Source: Azolla caroliniana (taxonomy: Eukaryota; Plantae; Polypodiophyta). From it: a stretch of DNA of 64,000 nt. The first letter of the stretch is position 1, and the number at the start of each line of letters is the position of its first letter. The position numbers and the translations under genes were made by a program. Positions 1 through 12,640 of the stretch are shown in pieces. The stretch lies in NCBI GenBank assembly GCA_043228905.1, contig JBHGNT010000001.1, forward strand, positions 34,596,001 to 34,660,000, written 5' to 3'. The notes beneath the pieces were generated by a model. That model was not told the DNA's origin, ran no database searches, and worked only from the letters and a program-made list of their open reading frames with translations.

Positions 1-41
1 AGCCACTGTCGTCGTACCTACTTCGTCTCTATAATATCACT

Positions 42-74
<33 letters not shown>

Positions 75-680
75 AGAGCTCTTTGTTTTGTCCCAAACAC
101 CGAACCAAAAAGGAGATCGTTGTTTAAAACAAGTCAGTGCAGAAACCTTCTTCTTTTTTATTTTAAAGGACAAAAGATGGTGGAGTGTATGGTGGTGGTG
201 GGGGGGGGGGGGTCAATATGTGGAAAATGACCAAAATCCAGCCCCTTGGGCACTATCCGTCGGTCGGTCCAAAACAGTCTGTTTGTGTGGATGGATGGAT
301 TGACCAAAGACCAACCGCCCCATGCCCACAATCCGTTTTCCTAAATGGCCACTCGAAACTATAACCTCCCCGAGAAGGAGATGGGCGGGGGGACACAATT
401 TACAAGGAGATTAAACCAAACTTTCTAGGGGGTTGTAACTTGTTTACATGCAATTCTATAGTACTATATATATATATATGTAATAATGTATGTATGTATG
501 CATAATTCCTTTCTATCGAATTTGAGTGAGTTTTATCATTAAACATTTTCTGTTTTCGTTGTTCTTTTTTTTAACTTAAAATTCCTGCCCTCGTCCTCCC
601 CCTTCCACCTTCCAAGGCGTGCTTTTGGATGTCACCTTCATTTTTCCTCCCTTCTTGTTTACGTGCCATACCCTGGCCCC

Positions 681-775
681 GCCACGTGGCATGCACATTC
701 GTTTCTTCCAAGCCAAGGATTCTTTTTTCTTTCTTTCTTTTCTGGCGGCTATATCAAGCCATGATGCCACGTGTC
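681..775. promoter_or_regulatory. G-box/ABRE-type elements, probably in the promoter of a gene outside the window
   Basis: Palindromic GCCACGTGGC at 681-690 and GCCACGTGTC at 766-775, in a region with (CT)n tracts at about 48-74 and 902-936. The target gene is not visible. Confidence 0.3.
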
Positions 776-898
776 TTTTGGTTTGGTCTACATCTTCCTT
801 TTATGTACCATTACCATCACCATGTCTCTTTATTTATGTATTTGTTTAGGTTGTTTCAAGGAAAGGGAACTTCCCCACCCAACAAGGCGCAATCAATG

Positions 899-939
<41 letters not shown>

Positions 940-1545
940 CGGCTTTTCTTTTGGCCTCCTCTCTATTCCAATCTCACGAAACTCTGCCCGCGAACTCAAT
1001 TTATGTATGTCTCCCATGTACCAATAAGTTGGTTCCACTCCTGCTTCTCTCCCAACTCTTGCTCTCAACATGCCACAATTTTTAGTGTGTCGTGTTAAAC
1101 ATGCTCACTCTACACCCTCTTTCTAATGTATGTCAACCATTGTACTCTACGACAAAGTCCTTCCACGAGGATGTTCCGTTAAACCCCCCACGTGCTCATT
1201 GTGTAGCGACAAGCACATCCACACTTGTAAATTACATGACATCAACTCTTTTACTTTTTTTGGCCCTGCTCATAGACCAAGTTTGCCTCTTCAAACATGT
1301 AACACCTTGAACAAGGGTATGTCATCAAACCCCATTTGTTGAATAACAACCCTAAGGACAAGTTTTGATTCACCTTTATAGTGCATGTTAATGCAACTCA
1401 CAATTAATGGTAGAATGCTTGAATGTTGCATTTGTGCGTAATATCATGAATGCATTGAAATTACTTTTGACATTTATTGATTTTTATTACACAAAAAGTT
1501 GTGTTAGTCTACATGAGGATTCAGAAATCGTTTGTATAAATCCGA

Positions 1546-1584
<39 letters not shown>

Positions 1585-1802
1585 CCCAATAGTGTGTATT
1601 TAAAAACATTGTTACAAGTTACAATCATTTAATCCTCTCACTTAAGGTAGATGGACATTCTCTAAAACCATCAAAAAAACTTGAATATAGACTCAAGGAA
1701 AGGATCCAAGCATGTTCCAATACCCAAAAGTGCCACATAAGAATACCTTTCAACTACCTTGAAATTAGCGAAGGTAAGGACCCCCCCTTTTTAATCACTC
1801 AT

Positions 1803-2042
1803 TATTGAGATATTAAGCTCAACTAAGTTTAGCCATTTAGTTAACCACGTAACTTAGTAGCTACCTAGATAGAATCTAGTTAGTGTGTTGACCTTTCAAA
1901 CCCTTAAATAGGATTTCGTACTTGGTAGTGGAGGATCTAGAATGTATCCCCACTTACGTACAAGTACAAGATCCTATTTAAGGGTTTAAAAGGTCAACAC
2001 ACTAACTAGATTCTATCTAGATAACTACTAAGTTACGTGGTT
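1803..2042. repeat. Rearranged LTR remnant forming an inverted repeat (about 80-bp stem)
   Basis: 1843-1924 is the near-exact reverse complement of 1961-2042, and 1803-1924 is an inverted copy of LTR positions 5391-5512. Confidence 0.9.
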
Positions 2043-5041
2043 GAGCGTTGTCTGGCTTTCGGCATCGCCATTTTCATGGCAGTTTTGGTTCCTCCCCCTC
2101 AAGTCCGTGACAAAGGCTTGTAGCGCTAAAGGGTTGAAGGCCGAGTGCTTGCATTTCTACATCCATGCCTTCCATCCCTCAGTGGTCACGAGCCACTTTT
2201 GTAAAGCTTTCAGGCTCTTGTTTGGCCGCCCCCTTCATCACGAAAGTATAGTGATGGGCCATATACTTATTGTAGCCAAACCAAGTGACCGAGTTCTTCT
2301 CTCTATATGAGCGTCGAAGTTTTTCGTTTGCCAACTTGAGCGCCTTCTTTACACCTGGTGTCCGCATGATGGGTACACCAAATTCACTATTTAATGAGCG
2401 AGCTGACACATCTGAATCAATGTCATCGGGGTGGTCGACTTCGTATTCGGGCATCTTACCTTTGCTTGTCCAAATTTGGACTTGGCCGCGACATGTTTTG
2501 GTCGCGTGAAGGCTTGTGTGGTCCACTGAGCTCAGTAGAGCTTGGACAGTCCTTTGGTAGAGGACTTGGCCAAATATCTTCATCTGAGTTGACTTTCAAC
2601 TCTTCCTTGGTTGGGTCGGATGAAGCCAAATCAATGCTCATACCATGATGTCGATTCGTCGAAGACTATGTCCCTACTTACCCGAACCACTCAAGTTGAA
2701 GGGTTGAGGCACATGTATCCCTTTTGCTCGGATGAGTATCCTACGAGGATACATTTTTCCGACTTCGCGTCGAGCTTTTGTCGTTTTTCGTTGAGGATGC
2801 GTAAAACCACAATGCTCCCGAACACTTTGAGGTGCGAAAGGATCGGCTTCCTTCCAACAAAGATCTTGTATCGAGTTAGCTCATGCACTCCATTATTGGT
2901 GCACCAATTCATGAGATAAACGGTTGTGAATGTCTCTTCAGCCCAATAAATTTTCGGCATGTGCTTCTCATGCATCATGGCGCGTGCTACCTCGAGTATA
3001 TGCGGATTCTTTCTTTTTGGATCAGCTACTCCATTTTGTTGGGGTGTGCGTCAGCATGAGAATTCTCTCTAGATGCGTTCACCTTGGAGGTAGGAGATGA
3101 ATTCGTCAGAGAAGTACTCCTTGCCTCCATTCGATCATAGGCATCGAACGTGCTAACTGGTTTCTTTTTCAACTTGGTTCTTGAGCTTGTGGAAGTGTGA
3201 GAGCACTTCACTCTTCTTCTTCATCGGGAAGATCCATGTGTAGCACAAGTAGTTGTCGATGAAGGTGACATAGTATCAGCATCCTCCGCTCTTTGGTGTT
3301 TGAGCCGGTTCCCATACATTTGAGTGGATCACGTTGAGGAGGCCTTTGCTTACACATAGCTCTCCTTTGGGAATGGGAGTCGATGTTGTTTGCCGAGCTG
3401 GCATGCTTCGCACACTCGGTCGACTCGTTTCGACTCAAATGCTGGAAGTTTGACGATGACTCCCTTTGATTGCATCGCTCAAGCCGTTAGAGATTGATGT
3501 GGCCGATTCTCTTGTGCCACAACTCGATGTTCGTCTCGGTTTTGAGACCTTTGGCATTCATGGCCGATTTCACTTCGTTCGAATCGAGAATGAACATTCG
3601 GCCATCTCTCTACCCCCTAGCTATGAGTCGGCCATCTCTTTCGATAAAGCATCCTTCGTTGTTGAAATGAACTTGCATTCCTTGCTCCACGATTTGGCTA
3701 ACCAAGACCAAATTCTTTGTTATTTTAGGCATGTGCAAGACATTCTTGGTGCAATTGTTTTTGTCATTATTGCCGAATGGAACATTGTCGATGTGCCAAA
3801 TAGGGTGTGTGGTGTCGTCTCTCGTCTTTATGTACTTGGGTTGATCCGACGTTCTTAAGTCACAAAACCATTCTTGGTGTGATGTCATATGATGTGAGGC
3901 ACTGAAGTCGACGAACCACATGTCTTCCGAGTTGGAGATGCTTGTGGAGTTAGAGGCTGACATAGAGTTCACTCTATGTCTCATTATGAATAGTCCACCG
4001 TAGTCGTCATATTCAGAGTTGGTGGCGTAGTTTGTGAATTGTCGGCTTGTGGAAACAGAGTCTCTTCTTCTCTTTCGACACTCCTCTTCGTGGTGGCCGA
4101 CCTTCCCACAAAAGTTGCAAATAATGGGCCACGTTTGCCGACCTTGTTAGGCATGGAAGCTCCCCCTTTTTCCGAAGGTTCCTCGATGGCTTGCATCTTC
4201 TTATCAAAGGTTTGAGTTCCCTTCATGAGATGGGCCGAATCGACCTCTTCTACTGCCTCGACCTCGTCCTCGACCACTATCCGAATTTGAGAAGAACATT
4301 TGTCCTTCCGACATCTTGGTCTTGGTTCAGATGTGGTTCTCTTCAACCAATAGCATTGATTGAAGGTCGAAGAATGAAGGAGGGTTTTCTCTCACTAAGA
4401 TTGTCGTCCTTATCATGTCGAACCGTTGTGCGAGGCTGCCCAAGCACCCTTGCACCATTTTGTCCTACTCAATGTTTACGTTGATGGAGCTAAATGAGTC
4501 ACAAATGCTCTTGATCTTGGTGGTGTAGTCCAACATAGACATATCTTTTTGTTGAATGTTGTTCAACTCTTGCTGGAGTTGAAGCTTGTGGAAGGTCGTA
4601 TTGGCGGCGAATATTTTCTTCAAGTTCTCCCACGCTTCTTTAGGCGTCTTGGCGTCTCAAATGTGGCTAAGTATGTGATCGTGGACACATGTTGCCAAGC
4701 AATACATTACCCGACTTGCTCCTTGCTCCCATGTTGGGTAGTTGGCTTTTGTGATGTCGAGTTTGTTTTCGAGTGCATCGTTGATGTAGCTCCAATACCC
4801 TTGGCCGACTAGGTATTGGTTCATTTGTACTCCCAAGATGAAAAATTTCTCCGGTCTAGCAGTTCACTAGGGAGCGAGCTACCCATTTGTATGTTCATGT
4901 TGATGTAGTGTCTTCCTTTTTGGTTTTTCTTCCTTCGGTCACGTAAACGTGCTACGTAGCGGATAGTCGGATTTGTCGTTGGAATTTCGAACACACAATC
5001 ACGAAGAGGCGGATGGGCTTAATGGATGTGGTAAACCACAC

Positions 5042-5053
5042 GCTCTGACACCA
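5042..5053 (-). promoter_or_regulatory. Primer-binding site (initiator tRNA-Met type)
   Basis: The minus strand reads TGGTGTCAGAGC immediately inside the LTR, one mismatch from the canonical TGGTATCAGAGC. Confidence 0.8.
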
Positions 5054-5512
5054 TGTTAATAATTAGGTAATTAACTAAGGGTTAATTAGTGTTTAATTAT
5101 GTGAGTAGTTAATTACGTATGTGATTAAGCCGCAGAAGATTATGTGATATCTGTGTGAGAGAAAGAGATAGAGGAAGTTACACTTATGAACAATGAGATT
5201 AACAAGAGTGTAATTAAAGACCTTTCTCTATATTAATAAGCATCAAGTTACAAAAATGCCCACAATGAGGTATACATACAAGTCATGTGCAAGGGTGCAC
5301 ATGTGTGAGTAGAATATAGGTATAAGGATGTAAATTCTATATTAAATATACTTGGTAGTGGAGGATCTAGAATGTATCCCCACTTACGTACAAGTACAAT
5401 ATCTTATTTGAGGGTTTAAGAGGTCAACAAACTAACTAGATTCTATCTAGGTAACTAATAAGTTACGTGGTTAACTAACTGGCTAAACTTAGTTGAGCTT
5501 GATATCTCAACA
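5054..5512 (-). repeat. 5' LTR of the Copia element (TG...CA termini)
   Basis: Begins TGTTAAT at 5054 and ends CTCAACA at 5512. It abuts the PBS, and its segment 5351-5472 recurs directly at 1921-2042. Confidence 0.85.
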
Positions 5513-7480
5513 ATATGTTGTGAACAAACTAGAAGAAAAGGAAAAAAATTCTACACATTGACATCCCTCCAACATATTGACACTGGGCCAAGTAGACACC
5601 ATTAGGGGCCGTATATTATCCCATTGATACTAGTTTACTTTGTGGGGCTAGGGGCTAATGTTACTTCTGATTTTGAGGGAGCCTCAACCAATAACTTGGC
5701 CTTCAAGTATTGTTTACCACAATGGGTTGCACTCGTGCAAGCTTGTTATATGGCTTTCTTAACTTTCCCCATTGTAAAGGTGTTGCAAGTGTCAACCGCA
5801 TGTAATTCTTATGCAATGTCATCAGAGGGCTTTGTTTAATTCCCATGTTTAATTCAACAATATTTGTAAGTGCAATGGAGTGTGCCTTGTCTTCCGCCTT
5901 TACATACTCGTTTTCAAATTCTTTGAGTGTCATGATGCACCGACTTTGCCTTTGGATGAGGTTAAGTGTGGTGTCTTTCTATATGATAGCAACAAAATCA
6001 TGATTGCTTAGAGGAATTTCCAACTCCCTATTACTTACTTCTTCGTTGGTTGAACGAACAATATAATTACTTTGAACTCTCGATCATGGACAACAATCTC
6101 AAATTTGTCATTTCGTTAAGGAAGTTCCTTTCACATGAAAGTTGTGCCAATGGAGAAATGAAATGATATGTCTAATCCATTGCCCAAATAGAAAAAGGCT
6201 CACTATTCAAGAGTTAATATTGCAAGTGAAACGTGGTTCACATAATGGGGGCTAACTATTCCATTGGTTTGTTTCCTTGTTAAATGTGACTTCCACATGG
6301 GATGGAAGGTTTACATAAGCCTACACACATTCTAAGTGGCATAAGTTATAACATATTCAAGAATATTCAAGTGGTATGATTTGACAGTGATTGATCATGT
6401 CATTGCGCAATGTTTGAATGGGGAAATTGATCAACCACTCAAGTGAGTCCTTGTACGTATGGAAAAAGGCCACCTATGTATTTAGGAGGCCCACAAGTTT
6501 TAACTTTGAGGGTCACAAGAGAGTCAATCAACGTGTACACATAATTTATCAAATTCACGAGGATGTTTGGGACGAAGAATTCTTACAATCTCACATCACA
6601 CAATCTATTTGAGATTTATCCTACACTGGTTGTTGCCTTCATAGTTGATGATGATCAACATTTATTTTCTTTAATGAGTGGTCCATATGCTCAAGCATAA
6701 TCTCAAACAAGAGAATCTCATAAAATGCACAAGGCAATTTGATGCCTTGTCTTCTTTTGCCTCTTGATAATGTATTTACTTAATATTATTAACCAATGAG
6801 ATTTATTTATAATCGACTAGATCAGGGGGTGGGGGGGAGTCAAACTTATGTTTTGATATTGGTCAACTAATTATTAGGTTCATTGCATGTAAGCATACCG
6901 TGTGCACTATGTTGTAGGCCCATTCAGACTAAAAGAGATAATCAATACCCTAACATTTGAGAGATTACAATGACCTCACAATAGATTTCCATGTCCAAGA
7001 GATCCCCAATAACCAATGTTATTGGTAAAAGTGCACTCCTAGAGTGTAATTCAGTTCATACACATGAAGCCCCCGATAGAATCCAACTTTAAGCTACCTC
7101 ACAAGAAGGCGCAAGAAGCATAGAGAAAGAGGTTCAGGGAGAGAAGCTAGCTAATGCAAATCCTCACGAGCTCTGGCTCTGAGCAGTCGAGTGCAGGCAA
7201 GAGGGATAGCCGACGACGGACGAGGGACAACAATCTTGGCACTCAAGAGTTGTCCACCCATATTTATATTTATACATTTATTTCTTCCAATTATGTACAC
7301 TCTTTTTTTCATTGCTCTCTTGAAATATCCCCCCCCACCCTCTCTCTTTAGCCACGTGGTGAACAGAATTTCCCCCAAAAAAGCGTTTTGCGATATCAGT
7401 CATTAATATGTTGCTTTTGTCAGAAATCCCACATCTTCTTTGTTAAATCTCTGTGAGCTTTTGGGTTTTTGAAGGAAGGC

Positions 7481-10400
7481 ATGGGTTTTGGCAGAAGGAC
7501 TCTCATCAAAGTCATCGTCCTCGGAGATAGTGGGTAAAGTCTTCATTCTCTTCACCGTTTCTTCTTTTGTTCCATTTTCTCTGTTCATGAAATTGAGTTT
7601 TCACGAACCTAGCTCCTCTTTGCAGAGTTGGGAAAACATCATTGATGAATCAGTATCCTTTTAAAACCTAATTCTATAAAAATTCCTGTTCCTTTTGCGT
7701 GCTAAGTTTTCATGTAAAGTGCAGTATTTCATGTTATATCGTGTGCAAAAGGAAGCGTGGTTTTCTTGGAACGTTTTCTATTTGATAGGGCTTTTGTAAA
7801 TTTCGTCACCTGTTAACCCTTGATTTGTTTACTCATTTATTTTCATGTTTTTTTTTTTCTTTTGACGAGTCATTGTGAAATGCATTATGTCATGATATTT
7901 TTATTTTGTTAAACAGATATGGGTTTTATTCAAAACACTTCAGATTTCTTTTGAACCCTAATTTTCTTTCCTTTTCTTTGATGGATTTCGTGAAAATGCA
8001 TTCATCATATATTCTAGACGTGTAACAGAGACGTGTTTTTTCATAAACCCTAATTTTCGACATTTCTATTTCCTTTTTCTTGAATGGGTTAATGTATCAA
8101 ATGCATTGATCACTGTATTCTACATGTAAGTAGAAATGGCATTTTCTTGAACCCAAAGATACAAGATGTTTATATCGCCTGGTTATATGTGTTAGAAAAG
8201 GTATTTTTTTCAAATGCATCAATTTATGTGTATTTTATATAAATGGGAATGGTTTTTTTGACCCAAAGATATATGATGTTTATATCATGTACTTATACAT
8301 ACGTGTTAGAAAAGGTTTGCAGATGCCTTTTTTTCATACTACATTGTTTGTTTCTATGTTCTTAACCCTTTGAAACACAAGATATGTTCATAAGAAGTTC
8401 AACCACCAATACAAGGCTACCATTGGTGCAGATTTTCTAACAAAAGAAGTGCAAATTGAAGATCGACTTTTAACATTACAGGCAAGGATTCTTGTCATGT
8501 GTGCAAAAATCTTGTCTATTATTATTCAGGAAACATACCATAAGGTTTTGGATTTTTACCAGAGTGCCTCTCAAGTCTTGGGTATTTGTCATGCCTTGAA
8601 CTTCATAAATGTTTCCTTTTTATTATGATTTGGAAAACACAATCCTAGCCTTTTTACCAGAATACTCTCCCTTAAGTGTTTTTGTGTCCCACAGAGGGAA
8701 TTGCTGGTAATATTTAAAAACTTAGAATATTTTGCTAATACTAAAAAATTAGGAGGATTCAAGTGAATGCTCAACAAGTTAGGAATATTCTGGGGGTTTC
8801 GCCTTATTATTTGTGAAACATACCCCTAACTTTTTGGTTTTTTTTTTGTTCTATTGAGAGACATGCCTGTAATGCTTTTAAAATGCTAGGGCATTTTAAT
8901 AATGTTTGACAAGTTCAGAGTGTTTTGGTAAATGCGCAAAACATTAGGTGGTATTGTAAGAGTTGTACAGTTATTATTTTTTACTTTCTAATGTTTATGA
9001 TTACTGTATATTTCAATCAATCAGATTTGGGATACAGCTGGGCAAGAGCGATTTCATAGCCTCGGATCTGCTTTTTATAGAGGAGCAGATTGTTGCGTGC
9101 TCGTGTACGATGTCAATGTGTTGACATCCTTTGAGAACCTTGAGAAATGGAGGGATGGATTTCTTATGCAGGTTAGATGATCTAATGATAAACCATTGTC
9201 ATGAAAAATTAAACACATTTCATATCTTGTATATATGGTTGACATATTTCTATGTGAGAACACTGTATATCTTTGATATATTTTGAATTTTTGAATATAA
9301 TGGAAAAGAACTACCAAGTTTTTCGGTGCAAAAAAGAAACTGAAAAGGTCAAAAAGTTAAACAGAAAACCAAGGAGAAAGTGGTTGTGTTTAAAAGTTAT
9401 GAAAGAAGAAGAAGAAGAAAATAACAGAGACACAAGTTGCTTATCTATATTTGGTTGTGTGAAATGCATGTTTTGTTTACTAGTCATTATTCAAAGATTG
9501 AATAAGATGTCCTTGCACAAAATGGTCTAATAAATGAAGCTGAAAGAAGTATGAGATTGCGACATAAGTTGTATGCTTGAATTAATGTGAAGTTTTGTTT
9601 TGACGGCATTAAACAAGATCTTCTCCACATTGAAATAATCCAAGGCCCATTTGCAAGGTGAATCTTCTTTTTGTTCCCATTTTAGCTATGCATTATATAC
9701 ACACAGATTACTGGTGGGAAACTGTCAAAGCAAGGTTAAAATCCATGTCAGTTCAGAAATATCCAAAGGGCAAGGCATAAATGTGATTGAACCTATGTCA
9801 CGAGAGACATAAAAATTATAAAGGGGATCATCTGAGGGAAAACTTAAATATCCTATATGTATTAGAAATGAATTGTCCAAAATTCAATTGATTGTGAATA
9901 CACCACATTATCTATAGACAAATATACCATACACGTACATGTATGTATATATAATTCAACCATGCAAAGTGCAGATTGTGTTGAACTTACTTTTGGCAGG
10001 CAAACATTCTTAACCCTGAGAGGTTCCCTTTCGTTGTTCTCGGAAACAAAATTGATATTGATAATGGCACGAGTAGAGTGGTAAATTAAGATTTTCCCCT
10101 ACTTCTCATTATATATCATTACTCAAACCTATTAATTTATTTCAAATTCATTAACAGTTTTGGTTCTCATAACTATTTATGTTTTAAAACTTATTCACAT
10201 TTGTTTCCTTGAGCTATGTGCATTGTAGGTATCTGAGAAGAAGGCGTTGGCATGGTCAACAACAAAGGGGAACATTTATTATTTTGAAACATCAGCAAAA
10301 GAAGATGTGAATGTGGATGATGCATTCATATGTGTTGCACAAAACACATTAAAGCTCGAAGCTGAGGATGAGATGTAAGTTCATTTTCATCTTTGGGATG

Positions 10401-10523
10401 TATTGTCTATATATGCCTTATAAATCACATGTTAAAGGAAGTCCATTCAATTTCAGATTCATTCCTGATGCCATTGATGTGGTGACTAGAAACTCAGAAC
10501 AGGCGTACAACTGCACATGTTAA
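7481..10523 (+). CDS. RAB7: Rab7/RabG small GTPase; exons about 7481-7533, 7626-7652, 8382-8481, 9025-9171, 10000-10080, 10229-10374, 10457-10523
   Basis: The spliced translation gives [69 protein letters not shown], ending in CTC (a CXC prenylation motif). The gene is not in the ORF track because its exons are short. Confidence 0.95.
7653..8381 (+). other. U12-type (minor spliceosome) GT-AG intron
   Basis: The donor is GTATCCTTTT. A branch point TTCTTAAC at 8359-8366 lies about 15 nt before the AG, with no polypyrimidine tract between them. The reading frame is preserved. Confidence 0.85.
8482..9024 (+). other. GC-AG intron in the Rab7 gene
   Basis: The exon must end ..TTACAG (LTLQ) and resume at ATTTGG (IWDTAG), so the donor reads CAG|GCAAGG. 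Confidence 0.85.
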
Positions 10524-12583
10524 AAACTTGAGCTTCTCAAAGAATTTTCCATTTACTTGTTTGTGCCAGGTAAAAAGGATTCAGTCAGGATCCTCGATGA
10601 AATCCTAGCTCATTGCGAAGAATCTTTGTAGCATTTTTTTCTTTTTCTTTTTAAGTCCTCAAAAGTATCTTCAATTTCTTTAGAAATCTTCATATTCCTA
10701 GGGATCTTTTATCCAAATCTAAAAGAATTCCTAGAAAATTTAATTAATTAATTAATTTTTTTCTATCTTTATTACCTTTGTAGACTTTTGTATTATAGTT
10801 CAAGCATGCCATTAAGGATCCAATGTATTTTGTTGATTGGTATGCAAGAGGAAGCTAACCAATATCATCATATACTGTGATAATATAATTAGTTGTATTC
10901 CCTAATAATGCCATTTGTTTATATACTGTAATCTAGTATATGCCAAAAGCAACAAACTTGGAACAATAGAGGCAGAAAAAGCATGTAGTTTATTCCCTTC
11001 CATCTTCTCAACATTTGCTCGTTTACCGTGAACACCATTCAAAAGTAGTATATCAATGGTGAAATATGATTTGATTCACACAAATTCATGTTATGGTCAG
11101 TGTGAAAGCATGTGGCTTGAGAGTTTCCAACGATTAAATTGTCAATGTTTGTCAAATGCTTCCTTTATCAAAATTACAAATCAATGCATTAAAAAATGTT
11201 GTAATTTGTAATATAATAACAGTCAGTTTCACATTACAATCCATTATTATAATTAACTGTCCATATGTGCACTATGCATCATAGGAATGTTCTCAAAATT
11301 AAATGCAATGTACTCCTTACATAAAGGGCTCGACCCAAGTTTATTCTTGTTTTCATCTTAACTCAACAACACACAAGTGTTAAATCATCTTAACTCAAAA
11401 CATGTATTCCTACAAGCCAACATTAAACAAATAATGAAATTTGCATGTTAATTACACATGATAATTGAAAGGAATCTTTGTGTGTGATTGTGTGAGGTAA
11501 TGGTGTTATTCATGGAACAATTTGTAGTGATTTGAATGTTAAATGGGGAATTATGACACTTTCAATTAAGCACCCAACTCAGCTAAAATGACGAAACACT
11601 TGCAAAAGCTTGTGCTATGAAAAGGGAAGGGAAGGAATCGGACTACATCTTAAAAATTGAGAAGAGAACTAATCAATGTTTTAATGAAGGATAATGAAAA
11701 GACTCACATAAACAAGTTTTCTATATGTACACAAAGAAATATTGTGTCTATGTTTAATGTCAATGATAATGATGAAGAGATTCATGATAATAGTGATTAT
11801 GGCTAATGTTCAATTTGATGTGGATCCAACATCTTCTCTTTAATTTTTATGAAAACTAATTCGGGCAAAGCGTGTGCACTTTGTTATCTTTTCTAGCATC
11901 CATGTCAAGAAACATGGGCTAATAGCGATATAATGTTGTCATTCTCCAATCCCTCTTATTATTTACCTCATCTTTAGAAGGTGTTGTATTTGAATTTGGG
12001 TTCGTGGCAATCATTAGCACATTAGCAACACGCACAAGCTACATATAAATACTTTTAACGGCTACATTGGAAACCCCCTGTTTGAACTTGGGCTTGGGAA
12101 CATGTCATGATCTATGATTGCTAGGATCCATGGTTTGACTCAACTCAACCACTAACATAAAGCTTACGGTGAGCCACATGATCGTTTACGCTTTTACAAT
12201 TGACTTCAATTCTAGAAAACGTCAACAGTCCATGGTCTCTTCGATCTATATGCCCAACTTGGTACCCCCCCAATAGAGAGCTCTCTCTTCTCTTGTGAAT
12301 GAATAGTGTGACTAGACTTGGCACATAGATCCTTTTAAAGGTGACCCAACTCCCTTAATACAATGCACTCTTGACCGCACATCGGGACACGAGACAGGCC
12401 ATGTCCGAAGAAGGAGAAGAACCGACAACATGCAAAATGTTGACCAGATCATTGAGAGAGCAAGAGAAACACAAGCTCCAAATTTAGAGACTAGCAAAAA
12501 AACGTTAGCGTCTTTTGTAAGGGGATTTGGTCCCAAAGTTGTAAAAACAACTGCATACTATGTGTGTATGTACATATACCCTC

Positions 12584-12617
12584 TAGGGTTTAAGGTTACT
12601 GAATCTGATTAGGGTTT
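12584..12617 (-). promoter_or_regulatory. Two telo-boxes (AAACCCTA) upstream of URB1
   Basis: TAGGGTTT at 12584-12591 and 12610-12617, just before the ATG at 12641. Telo-boxes are typical of plant ribosome-biogenesis gene promoters. Confidence 0.55.
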
Positions 12618-12640
12618 ACGACTCCTGAGTCCAATCAACC

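Larger units (their letters stand above)
1803..5512 (-). mobile_element. Degenerate, internally deleted Ty1/Copia LTR retrotransposon (gag, protease and integrase remnants; RT/RNaseH almost entirely absent)
   Basis: Minus-strand ORF fragments match Copia domains: WFVDFSASHHMT (protease, DSGAS-like, 3610-3984), YWAE..HLKVFGS..KLDAKSEKCILVGYS (integrase C-terminus, 2691-2978) and EPESF (pre-RT linker, 2179-2583). A PBS and an LTR lie at the right end, and a polypurine tract-like TTGAGGGGGAGG lies at 2091-2102 (-). Confidence 0.9.

Noticed and set aside
5600-6800. Additional gene or TE in short ORFs here, and similarly at 10900-12200, 26160-26640 and 30650-31500
   Set aside because: These are probably decayed TE sequence, but no motif was clear enough to call.
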